64,000 bases of DNA from Chiloscyllium plagiosum (taxonomy: Eukaryota), in contig NC_057755.1 in NCBI RefSeq assembly GCF_004010195.1, positions 8,905,306 through 8,969,305 of the forward strand, read 5' to 3'. Shown piece after piece: positions 62,066 to 64,000 of the stretch (positions within the stretch are counted from its first letter, which is position 1; each line of letters opens with the position of its first letter). The position numbers and the translations under genes are program-made. The notes under the pieces were generated by a model. The model saw nothing but the letters and a program-made list of their open reading frames with translations, was not told where the DNA came from and made no database searches.

Positions 62066-64000
62066 CCACTATCCTAACACCATGCCCAGTGAATTGTTCC
62101 TCTCTCCCCATGCAGTGTCCTTTCTGCTTGTGAAACGTCCACCTCTTTGTCTCCTTCCTGTCCTACAGTGACACCCCCCCCCATCAGCAGGGGGAGAATG
62201 AGGTACATGTGCTTGTGGGAACCCCTCCCCCCTCACTAGACAGCAAATACTTCCAGTGTGCCAGTACTCCCTGCGCCCTCCACACGAACATTATTTGCCC
62301 CTCCCCTGATTTTTCTGCCCCTCAACTTGCAGTACCCACTAGTTGGCATCTTGCCATTTGCCCCCACTTCTCACTCCAATGAGCAACTTCCAAATGCCAA
62401 ATGCCAAATATCCCGACCACCCGGTCAGTGTTATAATCCAGGATCAGACCTCAGAATCAATGCGACAGTTTGTTTAGGAATTTCGCTTTATTGCAGACAG
62501 ATTGTCACAGAATTACAATGAAAATAAGCCATATGTTTTTTCAAGTTTATATAAATAAGCTAAAATTTAACCCAGACTTAGAAAGAGAGAACAATCTCAC
62601 GTGCACATATCAGTTTCTCTTTCCATTCAGTTATTTTGAGTTTATTTGGACTGGGAACAGGGACTGCAGTTTCGAAATAACAGAATGTACCACAAAGAAA
62701 TCACAATTTTTTTGTTTTAATTGAACGTCAGTAAACTTTCTGACACAATGTGCTCTCCATCCACTACAGGGCAGACTATTTGAACTTTACGTGGAGCAGT
62801 CAAACAGGTTACTTCATAATGAAAGACTGAGCAGATTTCACTCTGGCAAAGGTCATCGTATCATTGGATTTAATGGCTGCTTTGAAAGAAGAAGTTGTCA
62901 TATTTTGATAAAGACGAAAGTGGCGAGAATATTTAAAGATCTTTAAGATAATAATGTGAAACAAACCAAATTGAATTTCGGTAAAATTAAAGCTTGTGAA
63001 AAGCATATATTCAGCAGACATCAGTTTAACTCAACACATATAACAAAAGATCAAGGAAGACTTCAGTCTTGTGAAGATCGGAATGAAGGATTATGCAAGA
63101 AATGTCGACTCTCATGTTCCTCAGATGCTACCTGACCTGCTGTGCCTTTTCCAGTGCTTCACTTTACTGATGCCATTAATGCGTTCTTTGAAAAGGAGAA
63201 GGGTAACAATTCCCACTATTTTATATCATAACGAATCTCAAGTGATGGGAAGTCACAATGATCACTAAAGTGGAAATCTGAACCAAAATGCAATTTGATA
63301 AAGTTACAGGTTTAGAAAACAATGCCTTTAAGTGGCATTACTTTAATGCAACAATAGTTCTCCATGTGAATGCTGCTTGATTCACTAACAAAAATGGTCA
63401 AGAACATGATTGGAGGTCACATTAAGAGGGAAAAAGGTCTGACCGAAACATGTTAAGACGATGGTAGACCTAAAGCAGAGGAGGATGTTAAAACACAGGA
63501 AGAAATTGTATCGACTCAAGAAATTATAAGGCAGGATGTTGTCGCTGAGTGCTGTGTGCACTTTATCTATTATGAACAGATAGCGAAGGATGTGGTTTGA
63601 TTCACTTTCCCATTCGCTGCAGTGTATACTGTCTACAGCATGCACTGAGGGTTCTTCAGACACCTGGCAAACCCATAACAACCAACATCTAGAAGGACAA
63701 GGGCTGCAGATACATGGGAATGCCAACCTCTGCAAGTTGTCCTCCAAGCTGGTGACGATTCTGACTTGGAAATATACCCCCCGTGGCCTTAGGTTTGTCA
63801 GGGAGTGAATTCCAGGAATTTGACCGAAGGGCATTGTGTGTCGACCAGTTGTACATGGACAACAGCAATTCAAGAAGTCAGCTCGACATCACCTTCTCAG
63901 GGGGACAAGTAGGCACGCTGGGGAACTAAGAGAGGATAAAGTTACTGGGATGCAATTAACACTTACCCTGGTTCAGAAGAAAGAAAGAAATGTGAAATAT

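Noticed and set aside
62809..63021. 70-aa minus-strand ORF as a terminal exon
   Set aside because: No recognisable motif, weak acceptor and AT-rich composition; not supportable without homology data.

Overview
This window is vertebrate genomic DNA, almost certainly from a shark or other elasmobranch, judged from abundant HE1-type V-SINEs, CR1/HER1-type LINEs and Penelope-like elements. It contains a 500-N assembly gap. The host genes are a minus-strand tandem cluster of two-exon class A GPCRs of the GPR139/GPR142-like type: one complete gene (exons 21114-21045 and 15539-14635, 324 aa), a paralogue whose exon 1 probably lies in the gap, and a more distant pseudogene. Genes 1 and 2 sit in an old tandem duplication that also carried a deleted Gypsy element. 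The most unusual signal is in the first 13 kb. There, two Tx1-clade LINEs and two copies of an ORF-less poly(A)-ending element form a head-to-tail array, and every junction falls at the TATA-like box of the Gypsy LTR. Two other LTR copies carry different A-tailed inserts at the same position, while a solo LTR at 34422-34657 shows the empty site. Five Penelope-like insertions are tail-out inverted pairs, each bounded by one target-site duplication. All identities, family names and boundaries were judged by eye without database searches, and repeat edges are approximate.
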